Source of the DNA: Marsupella aquatica
Lineage: Eukaryota > Plantae > Marchantiophyta
NCBI GenBank assembly: GCA_973895155.1
Contig: OZ316892.1
Location: forward strand, 3,785,223-3,849,222
DNA: 64,000 nucleotides
Direction of reading: 5' to 3'
Shown: piece after piece, positions 1 to 10,572 of the stretch
How positions within the stretch are numbered: position 1 is the first letter of the stretch
Layout: the number at the start of each line of letters is the position of its first letter
Notes under the pieces: generated by a model
Told to the model about the DNA's origin: nothing
Seen by the model: the letters and a program-made list of their open reading frames with translations, nothing else
Databases searched by the model: none
Program-made: the position numbers and the translations under genes

Positions 1-1363
1 GGCTCTTCTTGCCATCCATGATTTGGAGGCTCATTCATGGGATATAGTCACTGTTTTTCTCAATGCTCTGATACAAGATGGTGTGCGTCTTTTTGTTCGC
101 CCTCCGCCTGGCTATGAGACTTACGATGCTCAGGGGAATCTCTTGGTCTGGTTATTACTTCGGGCACTCTACGGGTTAAAACAAGCTCCTCGCCTTTGGT
201 ACCAAGAACTCACCACTTTTCTTCTCTCTCATGGGTATCATCCTCTTCCATTCGATCCTTGTGTATTCCAACATTCATCTGGGGATTTGCTCGTTCTCTG
301 GGTTGACGACATTATTGGGATTGCTCCCACCACTGCTCGCATCCAAGACATTCATCAGCTTCTCTCCTCCCGTTATGCCATTAGAGATCTAGGGGACTTA
401 TCTAAATATCTTGGTCTTTCCATCATTCGTGATCGACCACATCGTGCTCTCTATCTATCTCAGACTGCATATACAGAAAAAATTCTCGAACATTTTCATC
501 TCCAATCTTGCCTACCTGTCACTTCTCCTTCCACAGGCATTGACGTGTTTCCCGTTGCTCGCTCCCAACCCTCTCCTGAGCAACAGCACTATTATCAGGC
601 CATGCTAGGCTCTTTAATGTATCTTGCTAACTGGACACGGCCAGACATTGCTGAAAGATGTTCCCGACTTAGCCAATTCGCCCATTGCCCTGCTCCAGAG
701 CACGAAAGCTCACTTCGTCGCGTTTTTTCTTATCTTCGGGCTACTCCAACTCTTGGCCTCTACTTCAAACGCACCAATTTTGTTGGACTGGAAATTCATT
801 CTTTAGGATTTCATGGATACTCAGATTCGTCCTACGGAGACAACGTGTCTGATCGTAAGTCCACCTCCGGTTATTTGTTTAAACTCGGTGGCGGCCCCAT
901 CTCCTGGAAATCACGCAAGCAGCCAGTTGTTGCCACATCGTCCACCGAAGCGGAATACATTGCTTACTCTTTAGCATGTAAAGAGGCCTTATGGTTGCGA
1001 CGTCTCCTTCTGGAATTACGTTGTTCTTCTTCAGACATTCACCAAGTGTTGTTATATGGCGATAATCAGCCTGCTTTGGCTCTCACTCTTAATCCGGAGC
1101 ATCACTCACGGACCAAACATATCGACATTCCTTTTCATTTTATTCGTGAGCATGTCAAATTAGGCACTGTTGTTCTTAAGTATTTGTCCACTCAAGAGAT
1201 GCCGGCAGATGGTTTGACCAAACCTCTCTCTGGACTTCGTTTTGCCAAGTTCGTTTCTCTTCTGGGTCTGCAATTAGCGCCTTCCGTTTCTACCTCCACT
1301 GTTTCACTGTCGACTATTCCCGAGTGTACAGCCGATGGGGGGGGTGTGTCAGGAGTCACTTGA
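1..1363 (+). CDS. Ty1/copia Pol, 3' part (reverse transcriptase + RNase H), cut by the window edge
   Basis: Copia motifs ALYGLKQAPRLW, LWVDD, GYSDSSY, RKSTSGY, STEAEY, HSRTKHIDI, ADGLTK in ORF 23..1363. Confidence 0.95.
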   Translation, partial: ALLAIHDLEAHSWDIVTVFLNALIQDGVRLFVRPPPGYETYDAQGNLLVWLLLRALYGLKQAPRLWYQELTTFLLSHGYHPLPFDPCVFQHSSGDLLVLWVDDIIGIAPTTARIQDIHQLLSSRYAIRDLGDLSKYLGLSIIRDRPHRALYLSQTAYTEKILEHFHLQSCLPVTSPSTGIDVFPVARSQPSPEQQHYYQAMLGSLMYLANWTRPDIAERCSRLSQFAHCPAPEHESSLRRVFSYLRATPTLGLYFKRTNFVGLEIHSLGFHGYSDSSYGDNVSDRKSTSGYLFKLGGGPISWKSRKQPVVATSSTEAEYIAYSLACKEALWLRRLLLELRCSSSDIHQVLLYGDNQPALALTLNPEHHSRTKHIDIPFHFIREHVKLGTVVLKYLSTQEMPADGLTKPLSGLRFAKFVSLLGLQLAPSVSTSTVSLSTIPECTADGGGVSGVT

Positions 1364-1656
1364 CGCCTGTTCTTTTCCATCGGCTGACTGCTATCACATC
1401 AGAGTTTGTTTAGTACAGCTATCACATCAGAGTTTAGTTTGGCGGGACCTTCTCCTGCTCTGACTCCTGTTTTGATCTTAGCATGATCGTTCAGTTGCAG
1501 CGCCTTGTTCCACGTCTTGTTCCACCGCTGGCTTCTTGCTGGCCAAGTGGTGGTTTGTTTTACTGCCTCCCTTTCGGGGTACTATTTGATATTGTTTCCC
1601 CTCTTTGTTGAGGCAGGGATTGTTCATTCTTTTCTGTGTCACCAGATTGCATGTCA
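1347..1656 (+). mobile_element. 3' LTR of the copia element (about 310 bp)
   Basis: G8 polypurine tract at 1337-1344, then TGTCA...TGTCA; similarity to the paralogous host block (8030 onward) begins just after 1656; internal duplication gctatcacatcagagttt. Confidence 0.75.
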
Positions 1657-3319
1657 TAGGAAGCCGTCACATTTATATATTGTAACTACACGTGGAATCT
1701 GAGCACTTACAGTAGTACTTCCCTTAGCCGAATACAGGAGACGATCTGGGTTAATTTAATTATCACAATTGCCCAAGAGTAGATATGGCATTGATGAGGT
1801 CAAAAATACTTCAGGTAGCTATAGACATGATCATCTATATGATTAGTGCATGATCGATCTATCTAGCTATCCAAGCCATGGAAGATTTCTTATGACATCT
1901 AATGCGTGTACATTGACTATATATGTTGCCTATTGCAGGGAGAAGGCAATGAGATCCCTTTGCATGATGTCATCATGCTGTCTCGTACACACCTTTTGAG
2001 AATTTGCTTTTGTTGAATATTGCTAAGGGGCAATTTTTCAACGTTATAGGCAATCTGCGAAAATAGTAGTTTCATACACACTCTGCGCTTTGCCCTAGTT
2101 CTTTGCTTAATTATCCTGGAAAACAGCAAATTATATAAGTACAGGCGCGCCATTTTCTTGGGTACAAGACCATTTTACCTTGTGGATATGATTGATTTAT
2201 AATCTCTAAGATGAAAGTTATCACTACTTATGTAGTGTAGTTATCATTCTGCAACGGGTACATCGATTATGACGTACTATTTGTGTGGTAAATATGAGTG
2301 ATTTGATGATATTGATGATAGTGAGATTGATTACCTACATTGAGATTCATATGACTCTCATATATATATATATATATGGTCAGATATGTGATGAGTATGA
2401 GTCACCATGAAGGGGATCACGGGAGGGGGAGTTAATTAACTTATTCAAGTATCCCTGTAGTGTTGGTGTGGTGGCTGTGTTTTGGAAGAGGGGATCAAGT
2501 ACTGGCGCTTCATGAGAGTCCACAACTCGGCCCCGTACTTTGTGCCACCTGATGGGCCACTCTTTGGGGAAATGGGACAATAGAGATTACTTAGTCTAAC
2601 AGAAAGCAGATCAAAGTCATAGAGTGACTGCTGAATCCCAACAGAGCACATCAAAGCCAATGAACTATTAGAGAAACGTACTCCATGGTATGTGCAAGCA
2701 TCCTAATTAACACCTCTAGCTATTAACCAATTCTTGATTGGACCCAGTTCTGTGCTTCAAGCCAAGTTGTGGAAAGTGTCATAGTGCAGGCCAGCTCTAG
2801 TTTCAAACCACTAGTGTTGGCCCACTTTTGTATTGCTGTCTCCACCTATCGATTCAATTTAATGAATTATCTCTGGCATGAAATGGATTGCATCCCGTTT
2901 GGACATAGCTTCTCATCAACCACTTTAACATGCGCGCACCATGCCAACGACAGCGTTTCCTTTAATTTGGGCATGTTGGTGCTCTTTAGCTAGAATGTGG
3001 TCATATTCAAGAGTTTGGACGGGATATGTCAAGTAACTTCAGAAATTAACCTCCTTCGGATGAGTAGTGTAATTAATCACCCCTGTACACTACAAAATAA
3101 GCAATGAAAATTGTCAGGTTTCATAGCCCACAAATAATCCATCCGGGAATCCATCATCACCAAGCCCATATATCTCTAAGCCTTGTTAGAACCAATAAAA
3201 TAGTTCCCCACTTGGAGACGGGCTTGGAGGGGCCCTCTAACTACCTACATGGGAGTTTAGGCAGTATAAAGATTTTGCACTCTCCAACTTTAAATTAACC
3301 TACCATACTTGGGGCATTT

Positions 3320-3618
3320 CTCGGGGGCCTCAATCCAAGGGGTGTCCCATATCACGCTCAAAGTTTTGGGGAAATAAACACCCTAAAAATTAAGTCAATA
3401 AAGTTTTTTTAAAGAATTGTTTTACCTCTAATTTAATGAGAATATTTCAATATTTGATTTTAAAAACCCTATGATTCTTATAATTCTCAAAATTTGATTA
3501 AACTATATAACCCTAATGTTCTTCAACAAAAATTTAAAAGTATTTCATTGAACCCAATAAAAAAACCCTATACTTATTTTTGCGTGATGGGTCGGAAGAA
3601 AAGAAGTGAGGACCCCGG
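3320..3618. mobile_element. MITE (CTCGGGGG-ended family), copy 1
   Basis: Ends ctcgggggcctca / tgaggaccccgg; apparent 8-bp TSD gggcattt; absent from the paralogous site at about 9310; similar to 40201-40497. Confidence 0.75.
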
Positions 3619-4036
3619 GGGCATTTTTGTTTTCCCATCATAAGAAATCCACATTGGAAAATTATTTTGCCTACTTCAAGTTAGGATTATTGAACCCCCA
3701 CATAATCCCAGGGAAAATGACCGCTTACAAAAGAAAGTTTACAAATCCCACAAGTGAGACAAATTTGCCTTGTGATATATGCTGGTATTGATCTCCTTGC
3801 ATTCAATCATCCTATTCCTTTACTGCATCATTTGTTGAAATGTCTTGTGTTCATCCGTTAAGTTAATAGTACAAAAGAAAAAGGGCCCAATCATCAATTT
3901 TGAGTTCAGGGGTCATCCATACAGAAGGCTATAGTATGGCTGCACTTACCTAGATCAGAAAATAAGGAAAATTTAGTCAGAAACTTATATTGAGCCTTGT
4001 CAGTGTTAATGATATATACATCTGGTGTGACCAAAC

Positions 4037-4445
4037 TCAACTCAAGGAATTACAAAATGTAACTTTGAAAGAAACTTAAACATGTTTTGATGTGATTTTT
4101 TTTTGGTCCGAACCAATGAAATGGGTTTTTAAATACAAGGGTCTTCAACCAGATTTACCAGCTGTTAATTTTGACACAAAAGTATCTTGGAGAAGTTCTT
4201 AGGCTCATTGAAAGGGTATTTTGATCAAATTCTGAATTTCCAGACATGATACTTTATTGCTCAAACTAGGCAAACAGTTTTTTTGAAAGCACACCCAAGT
4301 CACCTAGTTGATATATTGTAACAAATACTTCATGAAGGCTAGGGTTCCCCAGGCCAGAACAAGATCGACTCAGGGTAGATGTTATTTTAGAGCTTATCTA
4401 GGGGAATGAGGGTTTCTAAGGATTTCGGTTTTGGATATTTTCCTT
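4037..4445. repeat. Dispersed repeat fragment (related pieces at about 12945-13080 and 51600-51710)
   Basis: Shared strings tacaaaatgtaactttgaaagaa...tacaagggtcttcaacca and ttggagaag..ggctcattgaaagggtatt; absent from the paralog at about 9690. Confidence 0.6.
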
Positions 4446-5333
4446 ACTTGAGGTCTAAAAAATCTGATACATGGTATTGGCAGACCATGCTTTTATAATT
4501 TTTGGGTAGTGCATGTGTTTGGCACGTGGCAAAGCCTATTTGGTTCTCACTACAAATTCTTAAAAAAGAAGGGTAGCCTGGCTCGTTAAAAACAACTGAT
4601 AGTGGTGTGATTTATGTATGAGTTGGGAATAGTTCTGCTTTGTTTTGGGGGGATTAGGATTTAGAGGTTTGATAATTATGGTTTTTTTGAGACCCTAGGG
4701 ACTTTGTTTCTTTCCATAACAGTTATGATGGACCATAGACCATCATGGTTGTCATTCCCCTCTTTATTTGCTAGAAAAAACAGTTTTCCAAGATAGGCTT
4801 TTTGCGTTAAAAAAACTTCTGCTATGGGAAAGGTATAAAGTCTCAAGCATTGAGATGATGATTTAGGAATTATTTGTAGAATTGATGCATAGGAAAACAA
4901 GTGGTTAAATTTGAGACCTTTTTCCTGAGATGGTACATGCAGAACAAGCAAAGCTAGTGCAATTCCAAAATAATTCACCTTTTATATATGCTTCGATGAA
5001 CATGAAAATGCAACATCAATATGCATTGGCATTGAACAATCTGAACCTACATGTCATTATAACTTTCAAAAAATTACAGCTATATTAATTCACTATATAG
5101 GTATGCAACTTTCTAATAGCAACAGTTTGCCGAGCTTGCCGAGTTTGCGGAGTAACGTTAATCCTGGGCCAATCTGAGCAAGGATAGGGGAAAACGGACT
5201 CTGCACACTGACAAACAGCTAGCTATACAAATGATAAACCACTGGAAGTTTGCTATGGAGCACCATCTTGTTCCCTTACATCACGTAGTTGGCTCTTTCG
5301 CCAAATTTGGGACTTGCTGGCAACTATAATTGC

Positions 5334-6500
5334 TCAAAGCAAAACGGGACAAATGCCAAGAAAAAGGCTTGGATCAACCGGGAAAGAGTGTGGGATTCTC
5401 TCCCATGTAATTTCTTTGGTATCCGTTCCAAGTCCTTTGCTTTGAAGAAGCTCGTAGCCAGATTGCCGGCCTCTCACCCAACGGGCTATTGTGAGGACCT
5501 CCTTATTTACGGGGACCACAAAATTTGGATCAATTCTGAGATGATTGTGCGGGTCCCCTCCAAGTTCACCAGCGATTTCGTCACATGAAACAGAATGCCG
5601 CAGTGCCCATAATTTGGTGTTGGTATCTTCGACATAAATCATAGCATATCCACTTGTAGGGCTTGTCATTAGATACTTTTGGGTCTCACCGTTGACCCTC
5701 CTTGGGTCACCTGTGAACCACATTTCTGGAACTTCGTCCCAAGATAGAGGCTCAGAACTCTCTTCTAGTCTCCATGAATCAATTACACTCCACAAAGTGT
5801 TGAAGCGATCTGGGCACCAGTCTCCGTATCCTTGATGCAGAAATTCATGATGTGGCTCACCTTCTTCTTGGAACTGGCAATTAACTATGCAACGTGTCTC
5901 CTCCCCTTCTGGTCCTTGACTGTTTGTGCACTCTTTCCACATCCCTTGTCCTGTCAGATCGAAGACATGAACCTTTTCCTCTTCCTGGTCAAACATTTGT
6001 CGTCTTTCGTTGCCTTGCTGATCTGTGCTCTGTGGACTTTTGTATTTGTGAGAACAAACATATAAGTTACCACTGGATGCAATCAGCTGACAAAACCTTT
6101 CGTTATCACCAGGAAGATGTGGGATTGGAGGAAGTTCATAGAATTGTTTCTCTCTCATTGAGTAGAGAGAAATTGCGTTCCTGTATGTGCAGTCATGGTG
6201 TAGCACATCATTACATTTCACTTCATTGCTGTGCTTGAGAGCAAGAAACTCTTCCAGTGAATGGGACCTAATCCTCTCATTGTAGACCTCTCGGGTTTGA
6301 ATTGCCTCTTGCCAATTCGGGCTCACTGACTGCAGTTCATGAAAATCTGTCCAGCGCAACTTTGTGGCAATGTGGGTCAAAGTAACATCGTCTGGGATGC
6401 CTGGAAGAAGCTCTTCAAAGAAAGAAGACATTTCGAGAGCATTCGATCCGTGAAGAATGTCTCGATCTGGATCAGCAAACCTCTGGAAACGTATGAGCAC
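5334..6500 (-). CDS. F-box protein with degenerate kelch-like C-terminus (first in-frame ATG at 6431)
   Basis: F-box-like ELLPGIPDDVTLTHIATKL...SVSPNWQEAI...EVYNER; kelch-like LYSMREKQFYELPPIP...FCQLIASSGNLYV and VHVFDLTGQGMWKEC; open 388-aa frame. Confidence 0.8.
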   Translation of the reverse strand: MLIRFQRFADPDRDILHGSNALEMSSFFEELLPGIPDDVTLTHIATKLRWTDFHELQSVSPNWQEAIQTREVYNERIRSHSLEEFLALKHSNEVKCNDVLHHDCTYRNAISLYSMREKQFYELPPIPHLPGDNERFCQLIASSGNLYVCSHKYKSPQSTDQQGNERRQMFDQEEEKVHVFDLTGQGMWKECTNSQGPEGEETRCIVNCQFQEEGEPHHEFLHQGYGDWCPDRFNTLWSVIDSWRLEESSEPLSWDEVPEMWFTGDPRRVNGETQKYLMTSPTSGYAMIYVEDTNTKLWALRHSVSCDEIAGELGGDPHNHLRIDPNFVVPVNKEVLTIARWVRGRQSGYELLQSKGLGTDTKEITWERIPHSFPVDPSLFLGICPVLL

Positions 6501-6903
6501 ATTAAATCAGTACGTTTAGGGAACTCAGATAATCTCATTCGACGTATATGAAATGTCATATATTCCATCTGCCCTTCAAGTACAGTAGGTACATATAGGT
6601 GCTGCGATGCCAAACTACAAGGACATGGAGAATTGAAGAGCTTTTCGGCTAGAGCAACGGAAGTCAAAAAACGTATACATATAAATCTACAAGTGCGATA
6701 ACAACGCAAAAAACTCTGAGCGTGGCAATATGGTATCAGAAACTGCTGTACAGGCTATATAGCTTTGGCCAGAATGAAATATCAGGGAATAATAAACCAC
6801 GTTTCTAGCTAGCTTCCTAGCGAAACAAACGAAAAGCAGTTGGAATGTTTCAGAATTAACAGAGAACAAAGGAGAGCAACTGCGTAGAGGTCGATCATGT
6901 AAA

Positions 6904-6924
6904 AGAGAGAGAGAGAGAGAGAGA
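6904..6924. repeat. (GA)n microsatellite upstream of the F-box gene
   Basis: Direct reading. Confidence 0.9.
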
Positions 6925-7220
6925 GTGCACCTGAATATATATATTGAAGAGATGTGGAGCCCAGTGTTGAGGCGATGAATAAAATGGGTGCCGGGATTGA
7001 CGGTTGTCCTCCAACTCTGCCAAAAACAACACGATATGCTTCTGCTAGTGCACTCCTCGATCTCCAGCCTTTCCTGTACGTATGTACTGGCTGCTGCTAG
7101 GAGGTAAGCACGAACTATATTTCAAGTTTACACTACAGCTCTAAACTTTGTTAGAATATATAGGAGTTGATGGGCAATGCAAGGATGTGATCGATGCTAT
7201 CGGTGGGTGGGCTGTCCCCG

Positions 7221-7362
7221 AGCTAGAGAGAGAATTGTGGGAGAGATAGAATGACAAATAAGTCCCTGGAGAGAGCTAGAAGTGTGGGAGAGACAGAATG
7301 ACGAATAAGTCCCGAGAGAGAGCTAGAAGTGTGGGAGAGAGAGAATGACGAATAAGTCCCCC
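7221..7362. repeat. About 46-bp tandem repeat, 3 copies
   Basis: agctagaagtgtgggagagacagaatgacgaataagtccc repeated; only one copy in the paralog at about 54500. Confidence 0.85.
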
Positions 7363-9997
7363 AGACCCTAGTTATATACTTTGATGGGGCGGATCCAGAG
7401 GGGAACTGATCAGAACTGATCAATGACTCAGAAAATAAGTGCATCTCCTAACCAGGTTCCCTGGACCAGGTTGAAGCAAATACGCGCGAACCAATGACAG
7501 GCTGACTAGCAACAACAGGCCGCTTATAATATTGGGGCAGCATTTGAATAGCTAGTCAATTCCCAGGTGACACCGTGAACGTACAGCTGGTAAGATAGAG
7601 GCTTCAAGGCTCTGCAAGCATTAATCCTGCATTACTCAGCGAGACCAACACAGATTTTCATCTCCGTGTCATATTAATGTCATAATAGGGCTTCCTGTCA
7701 TCAGTCAGTCTTTGTTTCAATAATTCATAACTAGTTGCAACACCATTTCAGGAGCTACGTCTCCTTCTTTTGTTAGTTACTATTTGCTTGCTTCAATTTG
7801 TTGCAGCAACGTGCTGCATAGCTACATGAGATGCATTGTTTGTTGAGTCATTGGTCTGTTTTCCGTCCATCAATCTGCTGGAGTTTACAATATGAGATGC
7901 GAGCTAGCCCACAATCGCTCTTCCCTCAGTTTCTCTCTCTTCCCGCCAGGCCATCCGTATTCAGGGCGGGCAGTGACTCACCCAGTGCATGAGTTGATCC
8001 CTAGCCTGAGCATAGAAGTTTTGCGATTGGGGACGCCTTCACATTTATATATTGTAACTACACGTGGAGTCTGAGCACTTACAGCAGTACTTCCCTTAGC
8101 CGAATACAGGAGACGATCGATCTGATTTTAACTATCACAATTGCCCGAGAGTAAACATGGCATTGATGAGGCGAAAAATACTTCAGGTAGCTATAGATAT
8201 GATCATCTATGTAATTAGTGCATGATCGATCTATCTTGCTATCCAAGCCATGTAAGATTTCTTATGACATCTACTAATACGTACATTGACCATATATGTT
8301 GCCTATTGCAGGGAGGAGGCAATGAGATCCCTTTGCATGATGCCAATCAACCATGCTGTCTAGTACGCCTTTTGAGAATTTGTTTGTGTTAAATATTGCT
8401 CATGGGCAAGGTTTCAACGTTATAGTCAATCTGCGAAAATAGTGGTTTCACACACACTTTGCGCTTTGCCCTAGTTCTTTGATTAATTATCCATTGTCTT
8501 GGCTACAGGACCATTTTCCCTTGTACGTCAGTGGATATGATTGATTTATAATCTCTAAGATGAAATACATCACTACTTATGTAGTGTAGGCTAGTTATCA
8601 TTCTGCAATGGGTACATCAATTGTGACGTACTATTTGTGGTAGAAATTAGTGGTTTGATGAGAGTGATGATAGTGAGATTGATTATTTACGTACATTGAG
8701 ATTGGGTTTAGTCTTGCATATCTCTCATATATGTTGTGGTCAGATATGTGATCAGCTAGTATGAGCCCCCGTATGAGTCAGCATGAAGGGGATCACGGGA
8801 GGGGGAGTTAATTAGCTTATTCAAGTTAATTAGCTTAGTGTTGGTGTCGTGGCTGAGTTTGAAAGAGGGGATCAAGTTTGAACTGGCGCTTCATGAGAGT
8901 CTACAACTCGGCCCCATACTTTGTGGCACCTGATGTACGTGCCATTCTTGGGGAAATGGGACCCGAGAGGTTAGTCGAACAGAAAGCAGATCGAAGTCAT
9001 AGAGTGCTTACTACATGGTATGTGCAAGCACCCTAATTAACACCTGGCTCTATTAACCAATTCTTGATTGGATCCTGTTTATACAATGCGTTCGATTCAC
9101 AATCGATTCAATTTAATTAATTATCTCTGGCATGAATTGGATTGCATCCCGTTTGGACATAGCTTCTCATCAACCACTTTAACATGCGCGCACCACGCGC
9201 GGCGAGGACAGGGTTTACTTTAAATTGGGCAAGTGTCCTACATGGGACTTTTAATTAGGCAGTATAAAGATTTTGCACTCTCCAACTATAAATTAACCTA
9301 CCATACATGGGGCATTTTTGTTTTCCCACACAAGAAATACACATTGGAAAATTGTTGTGCCCCTCGCATAATCTCAGGGAAAATGACCGAAGGAAAGTTC
9401 ACAAATCCCACAACCCAGTGAGACAAATGTGCCTTGTGATATATGCTGGTATCTCCTTGCATTCAATCATCCTATTCCTTTACTGAATCATTTGTTGAAA
9501 CGTCTTGTGTTCATCCGTTAAGTTAATGGTACAAAAGAAAAAGGGCCCATCAATTTCGAGTTCAGCGGTCATCCATACAGAAGACTATGGTATGGCTGCA
9601 CTTACCTAGATCAGACAATAAGGAATATTTATTCAGAAACTTATATTCAGCCTTGTCAGTGTTAATGATACATCTGGTGTGACCAAATCCAGATACTGAG
9701 TCTAAAAAATCTAATACTATCAGCAGGAACTCTTCACTTAGAAGAACACTAATTTAACAACGTAACTAACGCTCTCCTCTAATGCGCCTGGCCAACTGCA
9801 TGTCCTTGGGCATGATGGTCACCCTCTTTGCGTGGATTGCACACAAATTGGTGTCCTCAAAGATACCAACGACATATGCCTCTGCTGCATCATGCAGGGC
9901 AAGAACAGCGTGGCTCTGGAAGCGAAGGTTCCGTCATGAACTCCTGAGCTTGTTAGAAATGAGCCTCACTCGAACTGATGAGGGATGCAGGCATCAA

Positions 9998-10068
9998 GGG
10001 CCTGTAGCTCAGTGGTAGAGCACTACGATGTACACTGGAGGTCCTAGGTTCAATTCCTAGCCGGTACG
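9998..10068 (+). other. tRNA-like sequence (A and B boxes) inside LTR1
   Basis: TAGCTCAGTGGTAGAGC (A box/D arm) and CTAGG-TTCAATT-CCTAG (T arm/B box); anticodon arm does not pair, so not a functional tRNA. Confidence 0.85.
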
Positions 10069-10208
10069 CCGGTACATGCTGTTGACAATTCGAGCATGGT
10101 ATCAAAGCCAAAGAACAGGCCAGGAGTTTCCCTTGTAGCAAGTGTGGCTCAAGGGAGGGTGTTGGAAATGAGCCTCACTCGAACTGATGAGGGATGCAGG
10201 GGCATCAA

Positions 10209-10279
10209 AAGCCTGTAGCTCAGTGGTAGAGCACTACGATGTACACTGGAGGTCCTAGGTTCAATTCCTAGCCGGTCCA
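10209..10279 (+). other. tRNA-like sequence inside LTR2
   Basis: Same D and T arms as in LTR1, ending CCGGTCCA. Confidence 0.85.
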
Positions 10280-10390
10280 TGCATGCTGTTGACAATTCCA
10301 GCAGAGCTATCTCACGAACAAGTAGCTGGAAGGGAAGCTTGCGAATGAGAAGATCGGTACCCTTCTGGTATTTACGGATCTCGCGGAGTG

Positions 10391-10572
10391 CCACTGTTCC
10401 AGGCCTGTATCTACGAGGCCTCTTCACTCCTGACCTGGTTGTAGTTGAGTTGGAGGCATTCATGCACAGGGCCTTGGTGGCCCACTGTTCCAGGCCTGTA
10501 TCTACGAGGCCTCTTCACTCCTGACCTGGTTGTAGTTGAGTTGGAGGCATTCATGCATAGGGCCTTGGTGGC
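10391..10572. repeat. 91-bp tandem duplication within the H3 tail/core coding region
   Basis: 10391-10481 matches 10482-10572 with one visible mismatch; 91 is not a multiple of 3. Confidence 0.95.

Larger units (their letters stand above)
1657..4470. repeat. Segmental duplicate of about 8030-9718 (far-upstream region of the F-box locus), with extra insertions
   Basis: Colinear near-identical text, e.g. cacatttatatattgtaactacacgtgga at about 1668 and 8040, and tctaaaaaatct at about 4454 and 9701. Confidence 0.9.
9951..10303 (+). mobile_element. TRIM (non-autonomous LTR retrotransposon) with tRNA-derived LTRs, Helenus-like
   Basis: LTR1 9951-10096 and LTR2 10160-10303 (TG...CA); PBS tggtatcaaagcca (iMet type) 10097-10110; PPT aagggaggg 10151-10159; 5-bp TSD GAGCT at 9946-9950 and 10304-10308. 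Confidence 0.93.

Noticed and set aside
9956-10000. Hammerhead ribozyme (retrozyme) in the TRIM LTR: CTGATGA followed by a GATGC/GCATC hairpin
   Set aside because: No GAAA after the putative stem II and no convincing stems I/III by eye; an Infernal search with Rfam hammerhead models would settle it
9998-10279. Two functional tRNA genes or two SINEs
   Set aside because: The anticodon arm does not pair, and both lie within the LTRs of one TRIM with PBS, PPT and TSD
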